DNA from: Burkholderiales bacterium
Lineage (GTDB): Bacteria > Pseudomonadota > Gammaproteobacteria > Burkholderiales > SG8-39
DNA: 38,858 nucleotides
Direction: 5' to 3'
NCBI GenBank assembly: GCA_036522335.1
Contig: DATDGA010000231.1
Span: 1 to 38,858 of the forward strand
A program made the position numbers and the translations under genes. A model generated the notes under the pieces. It was not told the DNA's origin and did no database searches. It saw only the letters and a list, made by a program, of their open reading frames with translations. Positions 28,272 through 37,700 of the stretch are shown here, piece after piece (position 1 is the first letter of the stretch; each line of letters begins with the position of its first letter).

Positions 28272-29132
28272 GGCGGGAGCCCGAGCGGGGCGGGTCAATT
28301 ATATGTGGTGGCCACGCCTATTGGGAATCTCGACGACCTCAGCCAGCGCGCTCTTGATTCGCTCGCTCGAGCCGATGCAATCGCTGCGGAGGATACGCGG
28401 GTCACCGCGCGCCTGCTCGAGCACCATCATGTTCGTGGAAAACTGGTTGCCGTTCATGAGCACAACGAGCGCCGCGCCGCCGACTGGATCGTCGAGGAGC
28501 TCGCGCGGGGACGAAACATTGCGTTGGTTACGGACGCCGGCACGCCCGCGGTTTCCGATCCCGGCGCGACAGTCGTGGCCAAAGTACGCGCCGCCGGATT
28601 CCAGGTAGTCCCGATTCCCGGCCCCAATGCCGCGGTGACTGCCCTCTCGGCTGCGGGCATCGCCGACGGACCGTTCCTGTTCGCTGGATTCCTTCCGGCG
28701 AAGCCCGGCGCAAGGCGCAAGGCTCTTCTGGCCTTGAGTCGGCCTCGGTATACGCTCGTCTTCTACGAGGCGCCTCATCGGATCGTCGAATGCGTCGAGG
28801 ACATGGCCGCAGTGCTCGGTCCGGATCGGGGTCTCGTGATCGCACGCGAGCTGACCAAGATGTTCGAACAGATACACCGGTGCCGCCTCGGCGATGCCGC
28901 CAGCTGGCTGCGCTCGGATGCCGACCGGCAGCGGGGCGAGTTCGTGCTGGTCGTCGAAGCTGCCGTCATTGAAGAAGAAGCTGTGCTCGATTGGGAACGC
29001 GTGCTCACCGTGCTGCTCGCTGAGCTGCCGCTCGCTCAGGCCGTAAAGCTCGCCTGCAAGGTCACCGGGGCGAAGAAGAACGCGGTATACGAGCGGGCTC
29101 TGCAGATATCACGCGGCGCCAGCACCGGATGA
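28248..29132 (+). CDS. rsmI: 16S rRNA (cytidine1402-2'-O)-methyltransferase
   Basis: GQLYVVATPIGNLDDLSQRAL...AAEDTR...VSDPG...YEAPHR matches RsmI. The start is uncertain: TTG at 28248 is the first in-frame start upstream of the conserved GQLY, and GTG at 28305 would truncate it. Confidence 0.85.
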   Translation: MGARTGKHGGSPSGAGQLYVVATPIGNLDDLSQRALDSLARADAIAAEDTRVTARLLEHHHVRGKLVAVHEHNERRAADWIVEELARGRNIALVTDAGTPAVSDPGATVVAKVRAAGFQVVPIPGPNAAVTALSAAGIADGPFLFAGFLPAKPGARRKALLALSRPRYTLVFYEAPHRIVECVEDMAAVLGPDRGLVIARELTKMFEQIHRCRLGDAASWLRSDADRQRGEFVLVVEAAVIEEEAVLDWERVLTVLLAELPLAQAVKLACKVTGAKKNAVYERALQISRGASTG

Positions 29133-29142
29133 CCCTGGTTCC

Positions 29143-30180
29143 ATGCAATCCCTGACCTTTACCCGGCCGGACGACTTCCACCTGCACCTTCGCGACGGTG
29201 CCGCGCTCGCGAGCGTGCTTCCCCACACCGCTCGCACTTTTGCCCGGGCGGTGGTGATGCCCAATCTCAAGCCGCCGGTGACCGACACCGCGCTTGCCGC
29301 CGCCTATCGGGGCCGCATACTGAAAGCTCTGCCGGCAGGCTCCAAGTTCGAGCCGCTCATGACCCTCTACATGACCGACGGCACCGGCGCCGGGGAGATC
29401 GCGCGCGCGAAGCGTTCGGGATTCGTATGCGGCGTGAAGTACTACCCGGCGGGCGCGACCACGCATTCGGCGGCGGGTGTGACCAGGATCGAGCGCGCCT
29501 ATCCGGCGCTCGAAGCCATGGAAGAAATGGACCTGCCCCTGCTCGTCCACGGCGAAGTCACGACGCCAGGCGTGGACGTTTTCGATCGCGAGCGTGTGTT
29601 TCTCGAAACCGTTCTCGCCGATATTGTCCGCCGCTTCCCGCGGCTTCGTGTCGTGGTCGAGCACGTGACCACCCGCGAGGCGGTGGACTTCGTCCTGGCG
29701 AGCGGACCTCATGTCGCCGCCACGATCACCGCGCACCATCTCCTCTACAACCGCAGCGCGCTTTTCTCAGGTGGCATCCGGCCGCACTATTACTGCCTCC
29801 CGGTGCTCAAGCGCGAAGAGCACCGCCTGGCGCTGGTGCGCGCTGCGACGAGCGGCAATCCGAGATTCTTCCTTGGCACCGATAGCGCGCCCCACGCGCG
29901 TTCCGACAAGGAGACGCTGTGCGGACACGCGGGCATCTACAGTGCGCATGCGGCGATCGAGCTCTACGCGGAGGTCTTCGAGCAGGCGGGAACGCTCGAC
30001 AAGCTCGAAGCCTTCGCCAGCTTTTACGGTGCCGATTTCTACCGGCTGCCGCGAAACGCGAGCTCGGTCACCTTGCGCAAGGAGACCTGGACGGTGCCTG
30101 GCGAGATTCCGCTGGGCGCTGCTACGATGGTGCCGCTGCGCGCGGGCGAAACCGTGGGATGGCGACTCGCCGAAGAATGA
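29143..30180 (+). CDS. pyrC: Dihydroorotase (homodimeric type)
   Basis: DDFHLHLRDG...VMPNLKPPV...KYYPAGATT...HGE signature. 345 aa. Confidence 0.9.
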   Translation: MQSLTFTRPDDFHLHLRDGAALASVLPHTARTFARAVVMPNLKPPVTDTALAAAYRGRILKALPAGSKFEPLMTLYMTDGTGAGEIARAKRSGFVCGVKYYPAGATTHSAAGVTRIERAYPALEAMEEMDLPLLVHGEVTTPGVDVFDRERVFLETVLADIVRRFPRLRVVVEHVTTREAVDFVLASGPHVAATITAHHLLYNRSALFSGGIRPHYYCLPVLKREEHRLALVRAATSGNPRFFLGTDSAPHARSDKETLCGHAGIYSAHAAIELYAEVFEQAGTLDKLEAFASFYGADFYRLPRNASSVTLRKETWTVPGEIPLGAATMVPLRAGETVGWRLAEE

Positions 30181-30998
30181 CATCCGTTCCTTGGAGTCGC
30201 GCGCTCGATGCGCCCATCTTTGCAGCGCTTCGGCTTCTGATTGAAAAACTCCCGTCGGATCGATTTCCCCGGTTCGAAGAACTCAACCGCCTTTCGACTC
30301 CGTCGGCAGTTAGCGGCGGCGGCGCGCGGATCCGCTTTGTAGCGCCGTCCGTCCCTTCCTCTGGATTCTTGGCGCAGTACGAAGTCCGCATCTTCGAGAC
30401 CGGAGAGGTGCAGACGCGCCCCGACAATTGGCACGATCTTTTCAACGCGCTGGTATGGCTCGCCTTTCCGAAAACCAAGGCGACCCTGAACGGGCACCAC
30501 TACGAGGAGATCAAGGCGCGTCGCGGCGAACGGCAGAGAGGCACGGCGCGCGATGTGCTGACGCTGTTCGACGAAGGCGGGATCGTGGTCGCCGCGGCGG
30601 GGGCGGAGCTGCCGGATCTGTTGCGCGATTCGAAGTGGAAGGAGCTCTTTTGGAGGCGCCGCGCGGACGTGCTCGGATCCATGCGCTTCTACGTTTTCGG
30701 CCATGCCATCTACGAAAAAGCCCTCGAGCCTTACAAGGGAGTCACGGCAAAGGCCCTGATCGTTGATACCACGACCGAACTACTGGAGGCGCCGCTCGCG
30801 CGGCAACTCTCGTGGCTGGACGCGAGCGCGGCTGATTACTTTTCCAGGCCGCAAGCCCTCGGTTCGACCCGGAGCCTGTCCCCCTTGCCGATTCTCGGAG
30901 TCCCCGGCTGGGAACCGGCCAACGCTTCTGAAGAATACTACGACGACAACGCTCATTTCCGGCCCCGCAAGTCGGGCGAGGCAGTCCTGCCGAAGTAG
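30177..30998 (+). CDS. DUF3025-like conserved hypothetical protein
   Basis: 273 aa with NWHDLFNALVWLAFPKTKATLN...LFDEGG...FGHAIYEK. ATGA overlap with pyrC. The family assignment is from memory. Confidence 0.6.
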   Translation: MTSVPWSRALDAPIFAALRLLIEKLPSDRFPRFEELNRLSTPSAVSGGGARIRFVAPSVPSSGFLAQYEVRIFETGEVQTRPDNWHDLFNALVWLAFPKTKATLNGHHYEEIKARRGERQRGTARDVLTLFDEGGIVVAAAGAELPDLLRDSKWKELFWRRRADVLGSMRFYVFGHAIYEKALEPYKGVTAKALIVDTTTELLEAPLARQLSWLDASAADYFSRPQALGSTRSLSPLPILGVPGWEPANASEEYYDDNAHFRPRKSGEAVLPK

Positions 30999-31012
30999 CC
31001 GACTTCGGTTTT
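30990..31012 (+). terminator. Rho-independent terminator after the DUF3025 gene
   Basis: CCGAAGT-agccg-ACTTCGG followed by TTTT. The stop codon lies within the stem. Confidence 0.6.
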
Positions 31013-31017
31013 GGCGG

Positions 31018-31337
31018 TTACGGAAACGCCGGCAGCGTAGGTTCGATGCCGTGCGCCGTGGCTTCCGGGTGACGGCGCGCGACGCCCTCGGGTGGCGTGA
31101 GATAGATGTAGATGCCGATCAGGAATCCGCCCGCGCCGCCGAGCACGAACCCAAGCTCGGCTCCATGACCGCGTCGGACTTCTGCAGGTAGTTCGCCTCG
31201 TGCAACTGGCCCAGAGACATTCCTCGCTTGGCGAGAAAATGCATGTACCGGTCCTCGACTCGGGCAAGCAGCAGATCGTTGGCGGTCTGGATGGCGCTGC
31301 CCAGATCGGGCAACAGGAAATACAGTCTGCGTCTCAT
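31018..31337 (-). pseudogene. Small membrane-protein gene with an apparent 1-nt frameshift near 31167
   Basis: Strong GAGGAGAG RBS and ATG at 31337. The first frame gives MRRRLYFLLPD...NYLQKSDAV, then nonsense and a stop at 31119. A neighbouring frame continues HGAELGFVLGGAGGFLIGIYIYLTPPEG... (a TM helix) to the TAA at 31018-31020. Confidence 0.5.
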
Positions 31338-31436
31338 GCTCGCTCTCCTCTCGGAAACACGACTGTCCGCATGTTCTTACGCCGCGACGTCTGGGAAGTC
31401 AAGCCGCGGGTGTCGCGATGCGGTAAAATCGCAGCC

Positions 31437-31764
31437 GAAGCTGGTTAGACAGTCGCTGGCTAGTGTTTCAACTGCCAGAGGAAAGTCCGGGCTCCACAGA
31501 GCAGGGTGCTGGGTAACGCCCAGGCGCCGTGAGGCGACGAATAGGGCCACAGAGACGAGTCTTGTCGGACTTGGCGTGGCGCGCAAGCGTCACGAGTCGA
31601 ATCCGACAAGGGTGAAACGCGGCAACCTCCACCCGGAGCAACATCAAATAGGCGGACGATGACGCGGCTCGCCGAGTCCGCGGGTAGATGGCTTGAGCCC
31701 AGGGGCAACCCTGGGCCTAGAGGAATGACTGTCCACGACAGAACCCGGCTTACCGGCCAGCTTC
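31437..31764 (+). ncRNA. rnpB: RNase P RNA, bacterial type A
   Basis: Conserved GAGGAAAGTCCGGGCTCCACAGAGCAGGGTGCTGGGTAACGCCCAG and ACAGAACCCGGCTTA (P4) blocks. P1 pairing is GAAGCTGG...CCAGCTTC. TAAAAT -10 at 31424-31429 and a T-run after the 3' end. Confidence 0.93.
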
Positions 31765-31774
31765 ACTTACTTTT

Positions 31775-32140
31775 TCAGCGCGCGGTGCGCTGAACCCAGT
31801 CCGCAATCGCCGCGACGATCTCCGGCGCGTCGCCGAGCGCGGACGTCACGCGGAACTCGGTCTTCGCGTGGCGCTTCCGGATCTTCGCCACCATCGCCGG
31901 CAACTCGCGTTTCAGATGTGCCCCCTGCGCGAGAAAAAGCGGCACGATGATCACCATCTCGATTCCTTTATCGGCGAGCCGTGCGGCTGCCTCGTCAAGG
32001 GAGGGGGACATGAATTCAAGGAAGGCGAGCTCGACCGGCGTGCCGGAGGCGTGCAGGCGGTCGCGGATGGTTTCGAAGGGGCGCGCCCACGCGGGCTCAC
32101 GTGCGCCGTGGGCGAAAAGGATGATCGCCGCGGAGGCCAC
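31775..32140 (-). CDS. CbiX/SirB-like (sirohydrochlorin chelatase-fold) protein
   Basis: 121 aa. ILFAHGAREPAW...VIIVPLFLAQGAHLKRELP is typical of the CbiX N-terminal domain. The GTG start lies 1 nt after the waaF stop. Confidence 0.75.
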   Translation of the reverse strand: MASAAIILFAHGAREPAWARPFETIRDRLHASGTPVELAFLEFMSPSLDEAAARLADKGIEMVIIVPLFLAQGAHLKRELPAMVAKIRKRHAKTEFRVTSALGDAPEIVAAIADWVQRTAR

Positions 32141-32141
32141 G

Positions 32142-33161
32142 TCAATGAACCCCGGCCTCGACCGCGGCGATCTCTTCGAGCACTCGCTCGGGCGCGAGCT
32201 CGTTCATGCATTTGAAATGCCCGAGCGGGCATTCGCGCGCGAAGCAAGGACTGCACTCGATGCCGGTTCGCATCAGGCGGGCGTTCGCGGCGAGCGGCGG
32301 CGTGTGCTCGGGGCTGGATGAGCCGTACAGCGCCACCACGATACGTCCGACGGCGGCCGCGACGTGCATCAGCCCCGAATCGTTGCTCACCACGACTTCG
32401 GCAAGCGACAACAGGTCAATCGCACCGGTGAGATCCGTCTTCCCGCACAGGTTCATCGCGGCGCCCTCGGCGAGGCGCGCGATTTCCTCGCCGATATCGC
32501 GATCCTTGTCCGACCCGAAAAGCCACACCGCGTACCCTTGCGCACCGAGCTTTTTTGCGAGCGCAGCGAAGTGCCGCGCCGGCCAACGTTTTGCTGGCCC
32601 GTATTCGGCACCCGGGCAGAAAGCCGCCACGGGCTTCGCGGTCGAAAGCCCCAGCCGGCGAAGCGTAATGAGCAAGTTTGCTTGATCGACGCGCAGCCTG
32701 GCCTCGGGCAGCGGTCGTGCCGGCGGCGCGCCCGGCTCTTCGGCGAGCTGCGCGTAGCGTTCGGCCATCAGCGGCAGGCGTTTCGCATCGAGCTTGTGCA
32801 CGACGTTGAGCAGACCGCGGCGGAACTCGCCCACGAATCCGGCGCGAAGAGGGATTTCCGCAAAAAAGGGAACCAGCGCCGATTTGAAGGTGTTGGGAAG
32901 AACGAAGGCTTCGTCGTAGCCGCGCTTGCTCAAGGCCCGGCCGAGCTGCCAGCGCGCTCCGAGTTTCAACTCGCCATGCCCGAACGGCGCATCGATGGCT
33001 TCATTGATCTCCGGCATGCGGCGCAGAAGAGGCGCGGTCCACGGCGGCGCAAGGGCATCGATGACGGCGGTCGGAAGTTTCTTGAGAAGTCGCGCGAGCA
33101 GCGGCTGAGCGAGCAAGGTGTCGCCTATCCAGCTCGGTGCGACGATCAGGATTCTCGGCAC
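32142..33161 (-). CDS. waaF: ADP-heptose:LPS heptosyltransferase II
   Basis: RILIVAPSWIGDTLLAQPLL...VSNDSGLMHVAAAVG is the GT9 signature. I chose the GTG at 33161 inside ORF 32142-33248. Confidence 0.85.
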   Translation of the reverse strand: MPRILIVAPSWIGDTLLAQPLLARLLKKLPTAVIDALAPPWTAPLLRRMPEINEAIDAPFGHGELKLGARWQLGRALSKRGYDEAFVLPNTFKSALVPFFAEIPLRAGFVGEFRRGLLNVVHKLDAKRLPLMAERYAQLAEEPGAPPARPLPEARLRVDQANLLITLRRLGLSTAKPVAAFCPGAEYGPAKRWPARHFAALAKKLGAQGYAVWLFGSDKDRDIGEEIARLAEGAAMNLCGKTDLTGAIDLLSLAEVVVSNDSGLMHVAAAVGRIVVALYGSSSPEHTPPLAANARLMRTGIECSPCFARECPLGHFKCMNELAPERVLEEIAAVEAGVH

Positions 33162-33168
33162 AGAGGGC

Positions 33169-33366
33169 TCAATGGCCCTTCGGACGCTGGCCTTTGTACA
33201 CGTATCGCGTGCCGCAGTAGGGGCAGAGGACCTGGCCCGCTTTCGCAACGTCCAGAAACACTCTCGGATGCAGGCACCACACCGGCGACTTCGGCGTGGG
33301 GCAATGCAAGGGAAGGTCGGTCTCGGTGACCTCGACCAGGCGGCTCGTCTGTTCGTTCGCGCCCAT
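33169..33366 (-). CDS. Zinc-finger (zf-CHCC-like) small protein
   Basis: 65 aa with a LHCPTP...WCLHPRVFLDV...CPYCGTRY Cys/His pattern. Its start shares 1 nt with the ilvE stop (TGATG). Confidence 0.7.
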   Translation of the reverse strand: MGANEQTSRLVEVTETDLPLHCPTPKSPVWCLHPRVFLDVAKAGQVLCPYCGTRYVYKGQRPKGH

Positions 33367-34325
33367 CAGGCCTTTTCCTTCGATACCCTTGCAGGCTTCT
33401 TCTCGTGCACCGGCGACAGCCAGTCCCTGTGTTTGGCGACCTTGCCGGCGACCACGTCGAAGAAGAGTTTCTGGATCTTGGTCGTAACGGGTCCGCGCGT
33501 TCCCGCGCCGATCACGCGCCCGTCCAATTCGCGGATCGGCGTGACTTCGGCGGCTGTACCGGTGAAGAAGGCTTCATCGGCGATGTAGATGTCATCCCGG
33601 GTGATGCGCCTGGAAATCACTTCATACCCGAGCTCACCCGCCAGTGTGATCACCGAGGCGCGCGTGATCCCCGAAAGCGCCGAAGTCAGCTCCGGCTCAT
33701 GGATCTTTCCGTCCTTGACGAGGAAGAGATTCTCGCCCGATCCCTCTGCGACGAAGCCGTCCACGTCGAGGAGCAGACCTTCGTCGTAACCGTGCTGGGT
33801 TGCCTCCAGGTTCGCAAGGATGGAGTTCGGATAGGTCCCGGCCATCTTGGCGCGAGCCATGGTCACGTTGACGTGGTGGCGCGCATAGGAGGATGTTTTG
33901 ACGCGAATGCCCTTTTCGATTGCCTCGGCGCCGAGATACGCGCCCCAGGGCCAGGCCGCGACGGCCACGTGCACCGTGGCGCCGATCGGCGACACCCCCA
34001 TCTTCTCCGAGCCGTAGAAGGCGATCGGCCGGATGTAGCAGGACTCGTGCTTGTTGGCGCGCACTACCTCTTTCTGTGCCTCGATCAGTACCTCGCGGCC
34101 ATAGGGGATCTTCATCATGTAGATGTGCGCCGAGTTGAACAGGCGCTCGGTGTGGTCGCCGAGTCTGAAGATCGCCGTCCCCTCGACGGTCTTGTAAGCC
34201 CGCACGCCTTCGAATACCGCGAGGCCGTAGTGCAAGGAATGGGTGAGGACGTGGGTGGTCGCGGATCGCCAGGGCACGAGCTTGCCGTCGTACCAGATGA
34301 ATCCGTCGCGGTCGGCCATCGACAT
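33366..34325 (-). CDS. ilvE: Branched-chain amino acid aminotransferase
   Basis: 319 aa. HSLHYGLAVFEGVRAY...ETQHGYDEGLLLD...GITR matches class IV aminotransferases. GGAGA RBS. Confidence 0.9.
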   Translation of the reverse strand: MSMADRDGFIWYDGKLVPWRSATTHVLTHSLHYGLAVFEGVRAYKTVEGTAIFRLGDHTERLFNSAHIYMMKIPYGREVLIEAQKEVVRANKHESCYIRPIAFYGSEKMGVSPIGATVHVAVAAWPWGAYLGAEAIEKGIRVKTSSYARHHVNVTMARAKMAGTYPNSILANLEATQHGYDEGLLLDVDGFVAEGSGENLFLVKDGKIHEPELTSALSGITRASVITLAGELGYEVISRRITRDDIYIADEAFFTGTAAEVTPIRELDGRVIGAGTRGPVTTKIQKLFFDVVAGKVAKHRDWLSPVHEKKPARVSKEKA

Positions 34326-34694
34326 TGGAGAATCTCCGGGAGCTTTCAGTAGGAGTTATTTTAGCGGAAACCCGTCGAGCACCTCGGCACACCCCGACGC
34401 GCTCTGCGTCCCCGAAGCTCTGTATTCGGGAACTGTGGGCATCGGAGCACCGTCCAATGCGTCTGGCCTCGCAATCCGCTCGCCGATGCGATTCGAGTCG
34501 GGCGGCAGAAAATGTCCTCGGAGAAACACGAAAATCCGATAAGGTTCAGGGAATTGTCAGCGCTTCCTCGCCCGGAGACAGAGGCTTGAAGGTAAAATGT
34601 CGCCCGTGCAGGCTGCATCGTCGCGAGTCGATGCTTCTGCGTTCACCATGAGTTGCGGATCGTGCCCCCCTCTCAACTCGGGCTCGAAGCCGCC

Positions 34695-34730
34695 ACGCCG
34701 ACAGGCACACTAACGCCGACAGGCACACTA
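34695..34730. repeat. Perfect tandem duplication, 2 x 18 nt (ACGCCGACAGGCACACTA)
   Basis: Read directly. Ends 2 nt before the first possible yhdP start (TTG at 34733). Confidence 0.9.
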
Positions 34731-34732
34731 AA

Positions 34733-37700
34733 TTGGACCAGCCGCTTCAGAAACTAGAGCAACTCGAGCAGGCGATCGAGGAAACGATCGACGAAGCGAT
34801 CCCGCCGAAAAGCCGGTGGCGTTTGGTGGCGCGCATCGCAGGCTGGGCGCTGGTGGCTCTGTATTTCGTGTTTGCCGCAGCGTTACTTTCGCTGCGCTAC
34901 TGGATCCTCCCGAAGGTTGCAGAGTTCAGGAGCGACATCGAGCAATACGCATCAAAAGCGCTGGGTCAGCGCATCACGATCGGCGCAGTCGAAGCCGGCT
35001 GGCAAGGGTTGCGCCCCGATCTGCTGCTCGCCAACGTAACTGTCTTCGATCACAACGGGCGCGCAGCGCTCAGTCTGCCGGCCGTCGAAGGGACGGTTTC
35101 CTGGATCTCGATACTGATCGGGGCTCCGCGATTCTATTCGCTCGTCTTCGACCGGCCCAGGCTCGAAATCCAGCGCGACGAGACCGGCAAATTCTATGTC
35201 GCGGGCATCGAGCTGCGAACCGGTCAGGCGGGTGACGCTGGAATGGCCCGATGGGCGTTGTCGCAGCGCGAGATCATTATTCGCGACGCGAGCGTCAGCT
35301 GGGACGACAATTTGCGCCGCGCGCCCCCGCTCGACCTGTTGGCGCTGAATTTTGTCCTGCGCAACGGCCTGCTCGGGCACCGTTTCGCGTTCAAGGCGAA
35401 ACCGCCCGTCGAGCTCGCGTCGACGCTCGATGTACGGGGCGAGGTGGGACGTGGAGAGATCGGCGACCTGGACACGTGGACCGGGCGAGTGTACGCGGAG
35501 CTCGAGTACATGGATCTCGTCGCCTGGCGGAGCTGGGTCGACTACCCCGAGGAAATTCAGTCGGGCAAGGGCGGCGTACGCGTTTGGCTAGACCTGGGAG
35601 GCAAGAGCACCACGGAGGCGACGGCAGACGTCGCCCTTTCCCAAGTGGTGATGCGTGTCGCAAAGGACCTGCCGCCGCTCGAGCTGGACTATCTTCAGGG
35701 GCGGCTGGGCGCGAGCCAGCAAGCCGGAAAGAGCTTCGAGGTCTTCGGCCGCAAGCTCACGCTCAGGACAGGGACGGGCATCGAGGTCCCGCCCGCCGAT
35801 TTCCGGGTGCGCTGGCAGCTTCCCGAGGGCCAAACACCGCCGAAGGGCGAGATCGAGGCGGATGCGATTGAACTTGCGCCGCTCGCAAGACTCGCCGAGT
35901 ATCTGCCGTTTCCCCAAGCTACGCGCGCGCGTCTCGCCGCAACCGACCCGCGCGGCAGCATCCACACCTTGAAGATTACCTGGACGGGCGAGGCGGAGGA
36001 TCCGCAGCACTACAGCGTGCGCGGAAGCTTCAGCAAACTCTCCGCGCGCGCCAACGACGCGATCCCCGGGTTCACAGGGCTGACCGGACGGTTCGAGGCG
36101 AGCGAGAAAGGCGGCAATGTCGCCCTCGGATCGGGCCGCGCCGCGATCGATTTGCCCGGGATTTTCGCCGAGAGCACGACTCAAATCGACTCGCTCAGCG
36201 GTCAGATCAGCTGGAAACTCGCGCCGGATCAGGTCGATCTCGGCTTGCGCAACCTCTCGGTCGCCAACAGCGACCTCGCCGCAACGTTCAACGGGAGTTT
36301 TTCCAGGATGCGCGGCGGTCCAAACGTCATCGACCTTACCGGGAATTTTTCTCGCGCCGAGGGTCGGGCCGTATATCGCTACATTCCCTGGTTGCCCTCA
36401 GCCGTGGTCGAATATCTCAAGGCCTCGATCCGCGGCGGCCAGTCGAACGATGTAAGGCTTCGGCTCAAGGGCGATCTCGCGAAATTTCCATTTGCGGATC
36501 CCGGCTCGGGCATTTTCCAGGTTGTCGCGAAAGTCAGGGACGCCAATTTGCGTTATGCCGAGGGCTGGCCGCAGGCGAGCGGCATTTCGGGCGATCTCAT
36601 ATTTGAAGGCAAGGGCATGCGCGTTGTCGCTTCGAAGGCGGCGGTTCTCAATGTCCAGGCCAATAGCGTGCATGCGAGCATTCCGGACCTGTTTCATGGG
36701 GACGTACATGTGGGAATAGAAGTTCACGCCGAAGACCAGACCAGCGATTTCCTGCAGTTCGTCGCGCAGAGCCCGGTCACCCAAGCCCTCGACGGCGTGA
36801 CCGAAGGCATGAGCGCGAAGGGCACTGGACGCCTAGGGCTCAAGCTCGACATCCCGATCCGGGATCCCAAGACCTTCACGCTGGCTGGCGAATATCAGAT
36901 CGTCGACGACGAAATCCGCGTGGATTCCGAGGCGCCGCCCTTTTCGCAGGTCAACGGACGGATCGAATTCACCAAGTCGGGGATCACGGCTCGGACTCTC
37001 ACATCGAAGTTTCTCGGCGGTCCTGCGACCATTTCGCTAGCCACCCGCGCCGACGGCATGATCGTCGTCAACGCCCAGGGGACCGCAAGCGCCGCACAGC
37101 TGCCGCGCGCCTGGGGCGAGGGGTTTCTGCGCCACGTGTCTGGCGTTGCCGCCTGGCAAGGAACGGTCACCGGCGCGCGCGGGCAGCCGGTGACCTTGAT
37201 CGTGCAATCGCAGCTCATCGGCATCGCCGCCGATCTGCCGATGCCCCTCGGAAAAGCGGCCGTCGATCCGATGCCCTTGCGGGTCGAACGCGTCATCAGC
37301 GCCGGGCCGACGCGCGGGGACACGATCCGCGTCTCGCTCGATCGCTCGGTAGAAGCCTACATCCAGCGGCGGCGCGAGGGCTCGCAATACTTGGTGGAGC
37401 GGGGGGTGATCAGCGTCAATGAGCCCGCAGTGCCGCTCGACCGCGAAGGCATCGTGGTGAGGGGCAATCTTCCGTACGCAGATGCGGACCGATGGCGGGC
37501 GTTGCTCGGCGGCGAGGACGGAGCCGGCTCCTCGTTCTCCTCCGCCCTCGACCTGAAGATTGCGGCACTCGATTTCGGCGGGCGGCGCTTGAATGACGTC
37601 GCTCTGCGCGCGGGCACGAGCGGCAGCGTGTGGATCACGAATATCGCGGCGAAAGAACTCTCCGGAGAGATCGCTTGGCGTCCCGAAGGGCGCGGGCGCA

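Noticed and set aside
31228-31708. ORFs 31228-31662(+), 31377-31586(-) and 31460-31708(-).
   Set aside because: They overlap the unmistakable RNase P RNA (rnpB) and have no RBS.
34325-34651. 108-aa (+) and 85-aa (-, 34361-34618) ORFs in the ilvE-yhdP intergenic region.
   Set aside because: They have no Shine-Dalgarno sequence and an Arg/Ser/Cys-rich composition unlike neighbouring real proteins. I recognise no motif in either. They are retained only as part of the unexplained-region finding.
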